DNA of 64,000 nt. It comes from Eledone cirrhosa. Its lineage: Eukaryota. The stretch is taken from assembly GCA_964016885.1 (NCBI GenBank), contig OZ024742.1, forward strand, positions 93,496,001 to 93,560,000, read 5' to 3'. The notes under the pieces were generated by a model, which was not told where the DNA came from, searched no databases, and saw only the letters and a list, made by a program, of their open reading frames with translations. This document shows, piece after piece, positions 44,830-59,500 of the stretch; position 1 is the stretch's first letter, and every line of letters starts with the position of its first letter. The position numbers and the translations under genes were made by a program.

Positions 44830-46068
44830 TCCTTGGAGTAGCTGAACAGCAGAGGGACATACAACTTGGTAAAAATACTCCAGACACTCATTATTTCCAT
44901 TCCCTCAACCAGTCTACTCAACACTTTGCTGTCTCAGGCCTCATTTTATACCATGGATCTACAGCCACCCGCACCAGAACCGAGCAGAACTTAATTTTCC
45001 ACATTGGAACTACTTTTCCGAATTTACTCAATTCCCCACTACAGTTCCTATAACCTTCCTTCATCCCTGCTCTCACACACCAACACACCCACTTCCACAT
45101 GCACAACTCTAGCCACCACACAATCGATACCCACATTTACAACCTTCCTATATACCACTCAACACACATCTACCTCTGCATACACATAACCATAAAAATC
45201 CTACTCTTCCTGATGCATGCACGCCTATGTGCGCATGCCGCACACATCACCCACAAACACATATCTCTTGCACACATGTCTGTGTTCATGTGGCACTCAG
45301 TGCCGCAGCTGTGGCACTGTCAGTGTTGAACGTTTCCTAACATTTAAACTGCCCTTACTATTTCCCGGCTCTATGCATCTCCACACATGTAGTGACTTCA
45401 TACTTTGTAGCTTACCCATTTATGGATGCACCACCATATCGTTATACCAGAAGCCATGCAGCTCCTCTTATGACCATACCATGAAATGAAATATAAAGAC
45501 AATGACCATATTTGCTACCACCTTCTTTCTACCAAACCCCTCGTGTGGGTGTATGTATATGCATAAATTCATATACTTTCTTGTACATCCGTCTATGTTG
45601 GCCAGTTCATGTGTGCATGCTCACTCACACATCCCCACTCTCACAGTAGCTAGCCAGTCACTGTCCAATACACATCCTTCAACACACATACATGCATGCG
45701 CGCACGCACACACAGACACACAATCATGCACGTACACACACACATGCATGCACACATATCAACCCCACATATACAATGATTATTTCCCCTCCTAAATCTC
45801 TCTAATGTGTATGAACACTCTTTACCGGCAAATCTTCAAAATGGCTAACTGAATATGCACGCGTGTTTTTTGCCCCCTTTTTTCTCATTTTTTCCTGTTC
45901 CTTCCTCTTCTGATTCTTTATCTTTCTAATTTATCTTCTATTTCTAACTCTATCTTCTGGTGAAGGACTAGTGTCCAAAAGGTTAAGACTCTTTTCTTGC
46001 TTATTCAAGCGTTGAACTAATATATTTCTTCAATGTACTTTGTCGTTTGCTTTGTTATACCTGTTTAC

Positions 46069-46075
<7 letters not shown>
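44830..46075 (+). mobile_element. PLE 3' fragment: GIY-YIG C-terminus, 3' UTR and degenerate HHR
   Basis: HYFHSLNQSTQHFAVSGL...RTRTEQNLIFHIGTTFPNLLN* (about 44845-45052); TCTT-CTGGTGA-A-GGACtagtGTCC-AAAAGGTTA-AGA near 45953. Confidence 0.65.
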
Positions 46076-46156
<81 letters not shown>

Positions 46157-46319
46157 TATTAGAATTGGTGCGCTGAAATAGCGATGTATACATGAATGTA
46201 TAAATAGTATATTTGGCAATATACTGTATGCTTAATTAAAAGCATTTTGAAGACCTTGCGCTATTGTTTTAAAGTAGTGACTATGTCACTTACTTCTTTT
46301 TTCAGCAAACAAAGGGAGG

Positions 46320-46365
46320 TAAGCTGACAGATCTGTTTCATACTGTTGGTAATCATCAGAGCTTA
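46320..46365 (-). ncRNA. type-I hammerhead ribozyme, intact core
   Basis: Reverse complement of 46435-46480. Confidence 0.85.
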
Positions 46366-46434
46366 GCACTCGTTTTGTCTGTTGAAAATTATAAATGTTG
46401 GATTCTTATAATTTTCAACAGACAAAGCGAGTGG

Positions 46435-46480
46435 TAAGCTCTGATGATTACCAACAGTATGAAACAGATCTGTCAGCTTA
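46435..46480 (+). ncRNA. type-I hammerhead ribozyme, intact core
   Basis: TAAGCT-CTGATGA(46441)-TTACcaacaGTAT-GAAA-CAGATCTG-TC-AGCTTA; GUC cleavage triplet, palindromic stem III. Confidence 0.88.
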
Positions 46481-46596
46481 TCTCTCCTTTGTTGAAAAAA
46501 GAAGTGACATAGTCACTACTTTAAAACAATAGCGCAAGGTCTTCAAAATGCTTTTAATTAAGCATACAGTATATTGCCAAATATACTATATATACA

Positions 46597-46658
<62 letters not shown>

Positions 46659-47015
46659 TATTGAGATGCTAATCTCCACTGCATCTGACAAGCAAATCGA
46701 TCCTAGCGTCAAACCGAGTGTAATCAATTGAAGCTCTGAGCTGGTCATTTGCAAAATACATGTTACGCGTGATTATGAATAAAATATGTTGAATTGGAAT
46801 TCCCTCTTTTTTCTTAATATTAATCGCATATACTGCCAATTACAAACAGATTGATATTAATCCACACATTTAATATTGAGTGCTGAAACAGGTACCATAT
46901 ACATACATAACTACACACACATACACACACACACATATATATATACATATATAGCTGGAAAAACAGCCGGAGCTTGGCCATTGGTATCCTGAATCTTTTC
47001 ATATATATATATATA

Positions 47016-48332
47016 TTTAGTTTTGCGAGGTTTTTTATATGAAATCGTGTGTCGAAACAAATATTGTTATACTTGGGGAGGGTCATATTTGTGTAATATT
47101 GCCAGAATTAATAACAGAACACACTCACTGTTTGGTTGGTTTTCGCTTTTTCCATAGACCTCATCATGTACTCTCGTTACGTAGACGATATCAATATAGT
47201 TATAAGAACATCCTCATTAGAGAGCACTAACAAGTTTGATTTAGAACGTAGCACAATGGAAAGCATCCAGCAGATAGCTAATTCCGTACACCAGAGTATA
47301 ACTGTAACTAACGACTACCCTTCCAAACACCCTAACAATAGACTACCTGTATTAGACACGGAACTCTGGATTAACACTATAGACGAGAGAGCCCAAATTC
47401 TCCACTCACACTATGCTAAACCCATGGCCTCCAAATACCTGATACTAAAAAACTCAGCAATGTCCAGTAGTGCTAAGTTTAATATTCTGATCGCAGATTT
47501 GGTACGAGTGATGAAGAATGTGTCCCGAATGTGCGGGAAAGACACAGAAATGGAAAGACACATCCAACACTTCATCAACCGCATACAGTTCTCTGGCTAC
47601 AACCAAAGAGACAAAGTCAGAGTATACGAAGGAGCCATGGAGAAGTATAAGACCCTCATAGAACTGGACATGAAAGGAATTTGCCCATTATACAGGAGCA
47701 AATCATGGAATAGCTTAGATAGGACTAGACATAAGATAGGGAAAGCCACCTCATGGTACGACAACCAGAGATACCAAAGTGTCATGTTTGTGGATGCTAC
47801 CCCTGGAGGGAAATTAGCTAACCAGTGTAGAAAGGCCCTGAGAAAGACCCACTTAAAGATTAAGGTGGTAGAAAAACCAGGAACCACCATAAAATCCCTG
47901 ATCAGCAAAACCTACCCTTTTAAGAAAACCCACTGTACTAATAGGAAATGTATCATATGTAAGGTAAACCCTCGGATAAACTGTAAAACTAGAAACGTAG
48001 TCTATAGCATAAGATGTACAGAGGGTACTTGCAGAAACATGACAACAACATACATAGGCGAGACAGCTCGTAGCATAGGTGAAAGGATAGACCAACACTG
48101 GGGGGAAGTAAAAGGACGAAAAAACGGTTCAGTACTATACGAACATGCCAGACAACTACACGACGGTAACATAGACAACATAGAAATTAGAATAATATCT
48201 AAACATAAAAATGACCCAGCAGATAGGTAAATCAGAGAGGCCAGTGAAATAGAACTTAGAAGGCCAAGGCTAAACAGAAAGAATGAATGGAATAACAACA
48301 CCAAAACAAACAACACTGACCTAAGAGAAGTA

Positions 48333-48383
<51 letters not shown>

Positions 48384-48887
48384 ATAGATGAATAAATAAA
48401 TAAATACATACACGAGCACAATAACAACAAACACATATAAACACACACTAGTAAAGATAGAATAGATTAACCAATACACAGTCACCCAATCACGAACACA
48501 CATCAAACAAAACACTATACACACACGCAAACGCATGCGCAAAGAAGACAAAATAAAATAAACAAATAAATAAATATATAAACAGACTAAATAAAGATGG
48601 CGTAGAAAATACAATGCAACGGGAGGAAACAATAACACCACTGACGATGTTGCAGATGTGCAACGAATGAACTTTGATAAACTATATATATGTGTTTGTG
48701 TCTATATTGTATCTGTATTATTTTTGTCCGTTGGTCAGTCAATGGCAACATTGAGGACCGAATAAATTAGATTACCGATATAAAAGACACAGAAGCGAAA
48801 AGCGAAAACCAACCAAACAGTGAGTGTGTTCTGTTATTAATTCTGGCAATATTACACAAATATGACCCTCCCCAAGTATAACAATAT
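47016..48887 (+). mobile_element. 5'-truncated Penelope-like element, coding relative of family D ends, with an inverted terminus
   Basis: 47061-47150 is the reverse complement of 48798-48887; HHR remnant CTGACGA(48641)-TGTTGCAgatgTGCAAC-GAAT. Confidence 0.9.
47151..48325 (+). pseudogene. PLE RT C-terminal half and GIY-YIG endonuclease (long open frame, one late stop)
   Basis: YSRYVDDIN, LPVLDTELW, HCTNRKCIIC...NCKTRNVVYSIRC...YIGETARSIGERIDQH, ADR*IREA. Confidence 0.9.
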
Positions 48888-48929
48888 ATATATTTATATA
48901 TAAATACACACATTAATATATATATGTGC

Positions 48930-49131
48930 ATGTAGTAGACGGCTGAAAGAAAAGAGTACTCAATACCGAAGTAGAGTTTAGATATTCATTATCGAGGGTA
49001 AATAGTGAGTCTTGTTACTCTGGAGTTTCGCCTACACCCCTCACTGTCATCAGCCAAGAAGAAACTTGTCTGATTACCCTGTGAGAAGCAAGTGAAACTC
49101 CAATGTAACAGACTCAATATTTAGTCTTAAT

Positions 49132-49135
<4 letters not shown>
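48930..49135. mobile_element. family B fold-back element
   Basis: Matches the reverse complement of 11558-11770; TCATCAG near 49047 and CTGATTA...GTGAAACTCC. Confidence 0.7.
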
Positions 49136-49175
<40 letters not shown>

Positions 49176-49178
<3 letters not shown>

Positions 49179-49498
49179 GGAGGTGAGTTTTATTGTAGTA
49201 CAATAAAGTAATGCAGATATCGGATAAGAAGCACTCTACAGTTTGTGGGACTGGAGTATGCATAATATAAGATCAAAAGATGGTTAAAGGAGTTCCATAT
49301 ATTTTATTATGCGCATTTCAAAAACAAACATCATGATATGTTGATTTAAAACTGCACTATCAACAAGTGTTTTTTTAGCCTTCATATCATGTTCTCCTGT
49401 TTTATCTGATGAAAACACAAATATTATTGCTTGATGATGTTTGTTTTTGAAATGCGCATAATAAAATATATGGAACTCCTTTAACCATCTTTTGATCT

Positions 49499-49506
<8 letters not shown>
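49176..49506. mobile_element. fold-back element with an intact HHR
   Basis: 49262-49333 is the reverse complement of 49433-49506. Confidence 0.8.
49400..49466 (+). ncRNA. type-I hammerhead ribozyme, intact core
   Basis: TTTTAT-CTGATGA(49406)-stem II-GAAA(49449)-TGCGCA-TA-ATAAAA. Confidence 0.82.
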
Positions 49507-49537
<31 letters not shown>

Positions 49538-49538
<1 letters not shown>

Positions 49539-50760
49539 AGATTCCCGAGATCCATGGACGAGTTCTCTCCAGCGGTCTCTGTCCCTCATTATCGCTGCCA
49601 TATCCTCCATCTCCAACAGACCAGTGTCTGTCCTTAGGGCATCAACATATGTTAACCTTGGTCTCCCTCTTCTAGTGTGTCCATGTAGGGGCTCCCAAAG
49701 GAGCACTGAGTGCAATGTCAACTCTGGATGTCGGTGAGTACGTCCAGCCAACCTTAGTCTCCTCTGTGTCACTTTTGAGCTGACTCTTGGGATGCTCCCA
49801 TACAGCTCTGAGTTTTTCATCCTCAGTGTATACTGATTAATGTCCAGAGCCATCCTCAGCATTCTCGTGTAGCACCCATCCACCATCTAAGTGAGTTTCT
49901 TGGTCAGTGTTCAAGTCTCAGACCCATACAGCAGCACAGACTCCACTACAGCAATGAAGAGGCGGATTTTCAGGTCTCTACGAAGGTTCGACTTCCACAC
50001 CGATCTCAAGCTGTGGCACGCCGCCCAGGCCTTGCTCTTTCTCTCAACCACAGGATCCAGCCTGAGATGGAGAAGAAGCTCAGGGACAACCAGAACGGCT
50101 TCAGAGAGGGTAGATCAACCACCAGTCACATCCTGATGCTGAGGAGGATATTAGAGGGAGCTAGAGCAAAGTGCCTTCCTGCGGTCATGGTTTTCATTGA
50201 CTTTAGGAAGGCCTTTGATTCTGTGGACCGTTACTGCCTGATGAAGATCTTACAGGCTTATGGAATCCCCAAGAAGATAGTGGACCTGATATCACTGCTC
50301 TACACCAACACCAAAGCCCAAGTCATTACACCTGATGGGATGACAGAGTTCTTTGAGATACTGGCTGGAGTGCTCCAGGGAGATACATTGGCTCCCTACC
50401 TTTTTATCATCGTAGTGGACTATTGTATGCGCCTTGCACTGGAGAAACACCAGGACTCTGGCTTTACTGTAGCACCGGCTCAGAGCAGGAGAGTTAGGGC
50501 GAAAAAGTTATCGGATGCTGAATTTGCCGACGACATAGTTTTGGTGACAAATACAGTGAAGGAGGCAGCGTATTTGATGCGGGAGGTTGAGACTGTGTCG
50601 ATGAGTGTGGGGCTGAGAATGAATGAGACTAAAACAAAATATCTGGTAGAGAATGTTGAGAAGCCAGAGGGATCACTAATGTAGGCGGGAAGCCGCTGGA
50701 ATTGGTTGAGAACTTCCTGTATCTGGGAGCAAAGATTGGGAATACGGAAGATGATACTGT
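49538..50760 (-). mobile_element. RTE-group LINE fragment with a 5' inversion
   Basis: Plus strand 50043-50760 RT (NQNGFREGRST, FIDFRKAFDSV, GVLQGDTLAP, FADDIVL, FLYLG); minus strand 49540-50042 C-terminus (ESVLLYGSET, YTRMLRMAL). Confidence 0.88.
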
Positions 50761-50792
50761 ATATATATATATATATAAATATATATATATAT

Positions 50793-51270
50793 AGTGAAGG
50801 AGGTGTGGTAAGGGACCAGATGGACCATAACGCACCAGAGTACTCAATACTTAGGGTAGTAGAGTGGGTAATAGGATGAAATCATATCCGCTCTTTTGCT
50901 CTGGAACCCTGACTCCAGTCTGACTAGGAGTAGGAAGCTGTCATTCCCTGACGTTATCTCTAGGGATACGGGAATCAGTAGACAGGACCTGGGGGCGGCG
51001 ATGGGGGACAGGGAATTCTGGGGCATGAGAGTGAGATCCATCATCTCGACAGTAGTCGACGAATGATGATGATGAGTAGGATGTAGTTTAACCCCGACAG
51101 CAGAGCTCAACCCATTTCGAGGGCTATTTCTGGACCAGAAATAGGCCTCGAAATGGCTTGAGCTCTGCTGTCTGGGTTAAACTTTTTCCTATTACCCACT
51201 CTACTACCCTAAGTATTGAGTACTCTGGTGCGTTATGGTCCATCTGGTTCCTTACCACACCTCCTTCATT
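50793..51270. mobile_element. symmetric family A fold-back, left arm interrupted by an RTE 3' fragment (50879-51076)
   Basis: Hairpin axis TTTCTGG-A-CCAGAAA at 51134; insert encodes SFPDVISRDTG..DL.AAMGDREFW plus (TGA)n and is flanked by a TAGGATG TSD. Confidence 0.78.
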
Positions 51271-51281
51271 ATATATATATA

Positions 51282-51321
<40 letters not shown>

Positions 51322-51743
51322 ACAAACAAAACACACACACACACCTCTACATTTATCTTCACAGCTCTGTATGCACCAACAACTAATGCACGCGCATATG
51401 TACAGCTCTATATACAAAATAGTTTTGTTTCCTTTTCAGATAGACACATTCAAGCAACATCTTTTAAAACAAGATTATCTTACACAAAACGCCAGCATCA
51501 ACAGTTTTCCTACAGATGGCAACATGAATGGACCAGTCATTTTTCTCTCAAAATTTGTTCTTGTTTCTGCCACTTCCCATTTCCTCAATCATTTTATTTC
51601 TCCTCTAATTTCTCATTCTATTTTCTCATGAAGGACTAGTGTCCGAAACATTAAGATGCTTTTCCTACTATATCAAGTGTAAAACTAATAATATATTTCT
51701 TCATTGTATTGTGTCATTTGCTTTGTTATTTCTGGATGTCTTT

Positions 51744-52940
<1,197 letters not shown>

Positions 52941-53005
52941 TATATATATATATATGTGTGTATAACATTGAAAAGAAGACTAAAGACTGTAGATTATATT
53001 ATATT

Positions 53006-53099
53006 TTAATTAACGTACATTTCTTTCATATCATAAAACTTATAATTAATCTTAAGTTAATTAATTATATGAATAGATGCTTGGTTTCATCAGAATTAA
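53006..53099 (-). ncRNA. probable long-stem-II hammerhead ribozyme
   Basis: Minus strand TTAATT-CTGATGA-(about 63 nt)-GAAA-TGTACG-TT-AATTAA. Confidence 0.5.
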
Positions 53100-56019
53100 T
53101 TAAAAAAATCAAGAAACATTTTTACCTCTTCGATTCCTTTTGTATGTAAGTTTACACGAACGGTAAATATTTACATTTCAAGGGGTTTATTCACGTAGAA
53201 TTGTATGTAGCTTTCTGAGTAGTTTACTGTAATAAATCTTATATTTTGAGCTGTAATAATTTCTTCACCTAACTTTATCTGTTTTCTTATTCGAAAACGT
53301 TTTATTCTAAATCATTTTATATATATTTATACATATATAAGATTCAGCTAACTATTCAAAACGATAAAGAGTTGTCACTACCACTTAGTTTAATTGTTAA
53401 AAGTGTCCAGCTGGGATCTGGGAAATATGGATTTCAATTCCTTATAGCTGCCAATGACAACTTTTTTTTCTGTATTTCAAGTCCTATTTTATAATCCTAT
53501 TTTATCCTATTTTATAAGCTATCTTATAGTATCTCTGCTGCACATGAGCATATCAGTCTTTATATTAACTATATATGTAATATATATTTCATTCATTTGA
53601 AATTGTAACAGTTCCGAACAGAATAAGGTGACTCACACTCTAACTGTATATTACCAAAGTAACAAATATGGCAACACTCCACCATTAAGGGTTGTCTCTA
53701 ATGTTGATCTGTGAAGAAATACATAAAGATTCTGCTCCCAATGATTGTTTATTAAATTCTCCACCTTAGGCAAGTCACATAACTCAACTACTTTGCTAGG
53801 TTAACTTCAAATATTTCATATCTGATTCATTAGTGGTAGGAAAGACATACACATATAAGAAGAAGAACAACAATAACAATGAAAACAGTAACAACAACCA
53901 TCACAATAACAACAATAAAGGTAACAGCAACAATAGAAAGAACAACAACAACAACTCAGTCAAACACAAGATGCTCCAGTAATATGTAAATGTCCAAATA
54001 TTTACAGCCCTCTCCACTCTCCTGGTTCATTGCTAGAATGTAAAATGGATATAAAACTACTACAAACAAGCAAGCACGTTTCTCATTCAGCATGAAATAC
54101 TAATGCCTGAATAATGATCAAAGGACTAAGAGCATCTCTAATCAGGTAATGATGTGCATTGGGAGTGAATTAAGGAAGGGATAAAGGGCTTCAGGCCACC
54201 ACTCCAGATTTTATCGATGTCACATCTCATGAAAAGCTCCAGTGGTTTTTCTTTTTCATAAATATAAAAGAAAAATATCTAAATAAGTGTGTGCAGATGT
54301 TACTATATAATGCTCTCTTCCATGCCTGGCTTTTCATAATCGATTCTACATAAAAAAAATAAACCCTCAACATTTTTGTAATTTGTCCTTGTAATGTCCC
54401 TTCATCTGTCACCCATGTGATGAATAAAAGAAATTATTATTATTATTGATATTATTATTTAGTTTAGTCTTATTTTCATTACATGCCATCATCGCATTAC
54501 TGAGCAGGGCACTGTCTGCTTTGGTTATGTGCAATGTCATGTTTTTGGTCTTGCTGTATTGAAAGTACTCTTTGTAATATGTATGCAGTGTCTAGTAGTG
54601 CTATTTTGTGTATGCTGTGTATATTTGTAAGTCATGGGGTTTATTATTAATATCATTTTTTTGTTCTTTTTGCTGTGTTTATCTTTACTGTTGTAAGAGG
54701 TGATTAAAAGTGTTGAAACCAGGAAGAGCATCCCTTCATAAATCATCACCTCAAAATGGTCCCTACAATGAATATGAAGCATACCATGGGGCTCACAAGA
54801 CCAACTCCTGCTTAAGCAGTGAACATTTTTAGAGAATATTAGAGTTTGGGAAAAAAGCTTTGCCGTACATACTTATTGCATTTTACATTTTATGGCAAAG
54901 TTGAACATAGCAGAATTTGAACTCAGAACATAAAGAGCTCGCATCTGTTCTGGTTCTTTACATACTGAGTTCAAATCTACTGAGGTAAACGTTGCCTTTC
55001 ATCTCTCCAACATTGTTAAACTAAGTACCAATCAAGTAATGGAGTCGATTTAGTTGAGTAAACCATTTCTTCAAATTACTTTCCTTGAGCTTATGTTTCA
55101 AACAGTTATTTTTGTTTATTTTTAATTGCATGTTTTCACTATGTCACTATGTAGGAACATTGGCTGAGTTGTTAGAGCATCAGATTAAATGCTTTGCAGT
55201 TTTTCTTCTGGGTCTCTGTGTTCCGAGTTCAAATATTGACACGGTCACTGTTGCTTTTCACTCTTTTGGGTTGATAAAATAAAGTACCAGTCAATAGTAG
55301 TGGATTGGTAGAATTGTTAGAGCATTGGATAAAATTCTTTACAGTATCTGGTCTTACCTTTTGCATTTTGAGTTCAAATTCTGCGAGGGGTTTGAATCTC
55401 ACCAATGAGCAGGGATGATCCTCCACAAGACAACAAATGATTATGAAAGCAGCAGGGAGGATTCTGACTGTTTCCTACTGCAGTCAAACTATATTGATGT
55501 CCAATCACAGCTCTGTGTATTATGGCCATGGTTGTTTAGTGTCAGGGTTGGTTAAGATTTGCTAATTGACTTGTGGGTGTGTATAAATATATGAGGCCCA
55601 TGCCAAATGAATCTGTTCATTCAGACAAATTATTATCATTTTCTTCATTTGAAATCTATTGTCATTGACACCCCTGTATGTAACTTCAATTAAAATTGGT
55701 ATCTTATCTAGCAAAATTCTGTATTGCAAGCATACATATCCATGTGTATATGTACAACTGTATGTGTTCTTGAATATATATATACTGCTGTATGTGTTAA
55801 TGTATACATGTACAACTATGTATATTGCAATGTGTGATAGTTGTTTCTGAATCTCCATATGTATTCAATATGTCCATATACATGAGTTTAAATGGTATCT
55901 TTAAACACAATGTGTGTGTATATGTTTATGTAACATGTATTTATGCTGATGTATATATGAATTCATTTATAAATATGCATGTAAGTTTCTTTCACACACA
56001 CACACACATACACACATAT

Positions 56020-56102
<83 letters not shown>

Positions 56103-56106
<4 letters not shown>

Positions 56107-56620
56107 GTAAGTATGTATGTATACGTACATACATATATGTATACAGACGTACAGTAGTATGTATATATATACATACATGCACACATATATATATGCACGT
56201 ATCGGTTTACCGAACATTTATTATAATGCTCGGTTTGTTTGTTTGTAAACAAACAAACAGCCCGTTTGTTTGTAAACAAACAAACTTCCCTGGCAGGAAA
56301 GTATACGGTGCTGACGATAGCTAATAAGCTTGAAACTAGTACATCGTTCCTGTGTCAGTGTTGAACAAAAAGGTGACGTGGTTGCCTAAACACTGTACGG
56401 CGTAATTCGGGCTGTTTGTTTGTTTACAAACAAACAAACCGAGCATTATAATAAATGTTCGGTAAACCGATACGTGCATATATATATATGTGTGCATGTA
56501 TGTATATATATACATACTACTGTACGTCTGTATACATATATGTATGTACGTATACATACATACATATTTACATTTAAGTAAGTGCCGTACTAAGAGTGAG
56601 AAATGAAATACCGTTTCATT
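56103..56620. mobile_element. fold-back element with an intact HHR in its loop
   Basis: About 56110-56264 is the reverse complement of about 56408-56565, near-perfect. Confidence 0.82.
56305..56347 (+). ncRNA. minimal type-I hammerhead ribozyme, intact core
   Basis: ACGGTG-CTGACGA(56311)-TAGCTaataAGCTT-GAAA-CTAG-TA-CATCGT. Confidence 0.85.
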
Positions 56621-56621
56621 C

Positions 56622-56981
<360 letters not shown>

Positions 56982-57819
56982 TATTAAAAATTAAGAAAAA
57001 ACGAAGTTTAACAATTTAAATCCAGTTTTTAAATTTCTACGCGGGTTACGTTGTTCCATACATTTTGTTTCAAATCAGGGATTTCTACGATGAGTTACAC
57101 AGCCAAGTTCAATGACATCGATTACCAGTTTTAGTTTGCCAAGAGAAACTGAAATTTCGTAATACTGCCAAACGAATATGATGTCAGTTACTCCTGATTT
57201 TCATTTATATTTGAACAATGAACCAGAGTAATGATAATAATATTAGTATTATCTTCCTACATATTATATATCCATTAATATGAAAACTACTGCGGCCTCT
57301 GAACTAATTTCGCCTCGGTTCCTACTGTTCACACTTCTTTCTATGTATATTATTAACCACCAATGAATATTCTTCTAACAATTACAAGAAATAATATTAG
57401 TATTATTAATATTAACGATGTTCTGCCTTTTATCTCAACATAAAAATACAATCCTTTACAACTTTGCACATAAAATCTGCTTCGCGTATGTTCTAGTTTA
57501 TATACTTACCAATGTTCAAAATTTGATATTGTTTATGTTCTTAGAATTTGTATTTGGTTAAACTTTATCCCATTTTATAATTCCGATGATATGTGGATGT
57601 TATATGTAATATGTTATGTGTAAATAACTGCTAATTAACTGTTTCTTATTATCTTATGTTTTACATATGCATTTTCTATTTTCACCTGTGTAGAAACGAA
57701 CGTAGAAATTAAAGAATGGGTTTAATTTTTTAACCTTGGTTTTTCTTCTTTTTACATATATTTATGCTCTGCTACCAATATTTTCGAAGAGTATTTCGTT
57801 TGTTTTGAATGGGTTGAGG

Positions 57820-57968
57820 ACTTTTCCAGCATAGTTACGTCCCTTTACGATCTGAGTTCAAATCCCGCCGAGGTTGACTTTGCCTTTCATCCTTACGGGG
57901 TCGATAAAATAAAGTACCAGTAATGCACTGGGTAATTGCTGGCCTTGTGCCTAAAGTAGAAACAATTA
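57820..57968 (+). mobile_element. tRNA-derived SINE
   Basis: TCTGAGTTCAAATCCCGCCGAGGTTGACTTTGCCTTTCATCCTTACGGGGTCGATAAAATAAAGTACCAG. Confidence 0.8.
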
Positions 57969-58902
57969 TATTTTATTTCATTATACCAATCCAAGAAATA
58001 CTAACAGTCCACCACTACATCTACACCGTTTTTTTCATCATTATCATCATCGTCATTATCATCGTTATTGATACATTTACCGGTTGCTGTCGTTGTCATT
58101 GGTACGGCTGTTTTTTGGTGATGATAGTATTAGCGTCGTCGTCATCGCCACCGTCACTGTCGCCGTAATTGTTGTTGTTGTTGTTGTTGTTGGTGTTAGT
58201 GGTAGTGGTGGTGGTCTTGGTGTTGTTGTCACTGTTGTTGTTGCGGATGTCTCTGCTGCTTTACCACTGTTGTTGCTCCTACTGCTGCTAATTCTACCTC
58301 GACTGCTGCTGCTGCTGCAGATGCCGTCACTGATGGCGGTGATGATGATGTTTAGGCGTCCATCGTAAATCCCAATAATACTACCATTGAGGATGATTGT
58401 GATTGTTGGTGGTGTTGTTGTCGCAGATGCTGACCCCTCCCCCCTATTACTAAAACCGTCCTTGAGCTTGTCTTCCTGGTTACCCCTTCAGCCCACATGC
58501 ACAAATCAATTTTCTCTTAATTAGTCTCACTTATATAAACGCTCCCTACCAAGGTTTCAAAAACAAAAGAAAAGGAAAAAAAAAAAAAAAAAGGGTCTAT
58601 ATACTTTATATCTACCCTTATTCCAAGGAATTCTCCCCTGATGATAAAACAAGTTCCTCCAAAATTGGCTATTCCAATTATTTGAAATGGTTGGTAATGT
58701 TTTTGTTGTTTTTTTAAAAACTATGGTAGGAAGACATTTATATAATTGAGACTAACTTATTTTAGTGTCTTATACTCCCACATAAAAATATTTTTGGCGT
58801 CAGTTTAATATGTAAAATTGCTTCTCTGGGTATTCATCTGTATATTTTATCCTTTTATCTAGATGTTTAAGTATTAGAGACTAATTAATATTTAATTATA
58901 TA

Positions 58903-59010
58903 TAAATGAAATAATTATCTTATGTTGTTTATTACATAACTAAAAAGCTCTGTAGCCTACATAGAACACTCTCTTTTCCTTTACCTTTCTTATGGAAATA
59001 CTTTATTTAT
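58903..59010 (+). mobile_element. solo PLE terminal fragment
   Basis: Matches 41391-41500. Confidence 0.75.
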
Positions 59011-59160
59011 ATATATATGACTTCTACAGGACTACAACTGTTTCATTTCCGTGAAATCACTAGGGCATTCCTAATGATTTCATACGAATGAAACTGATCT
59101 AATACTGTGGAAATCATTTCTATATTAAATTAGATTATATATATATATATATATATATAT

Positions 59161-59387
59161 AAGAAAATGAGGTTTTTTAAAAACGATGTCCCATACGGGT
59201 GAAAGTATAAGGAAAAAAAATTAGAACTGAGATGGAGTGTTTGTGTGTGTCTAGCGAAACAAACCACAACAGAAACACAAACCCTCCATCTAAATTCTAC
59301 TTTTGAAAATCATAAGAACTGTAAAACCGGCAAAGTAAATAAATAAATATTCTTAAAAGACCACAGTTGCATTTTCAATTTCTTTTT

Positions 59388-59390
<3 letters not shown>
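59161..59390. mobile_element. family F element with a decayed HHR
   Basis: TACTT-TTGAAAA(59303)...AAAA-CCGG-CA-AAGTA; flanks match the 27.1-kb element. Confidence 0.6.
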
Positions 59391-59431
<41 letters not shown>

Positions 59432-59460
59432 GATAAATCTACCAAGAGTTTACGGTAGTG

Positions 59461-59500
<40 letters not shown>

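Larger units (their letters stand above)
46158..46600. mobile_element. near-perfect fold-back with two intact HHRs
   Basis: 46192-46395 is the reverse complement of 46406-46599; lies between (CA)n and (TA)n. Confidence 0.85.

Noticed and set aside
57575-57700. CCGATGA...GAAACGAACGTA possible long-stem-II hammerhead in a loose inverted repeat (56995-57745)
   Set aside because: Core and stem I are too degraded to call, although the context fits the pattern
59020-59120. Small hairpin with CTAATGA...GAAAC
   Set aside because: Probably another decayed fold-back, but stems I and III cannot be drawn
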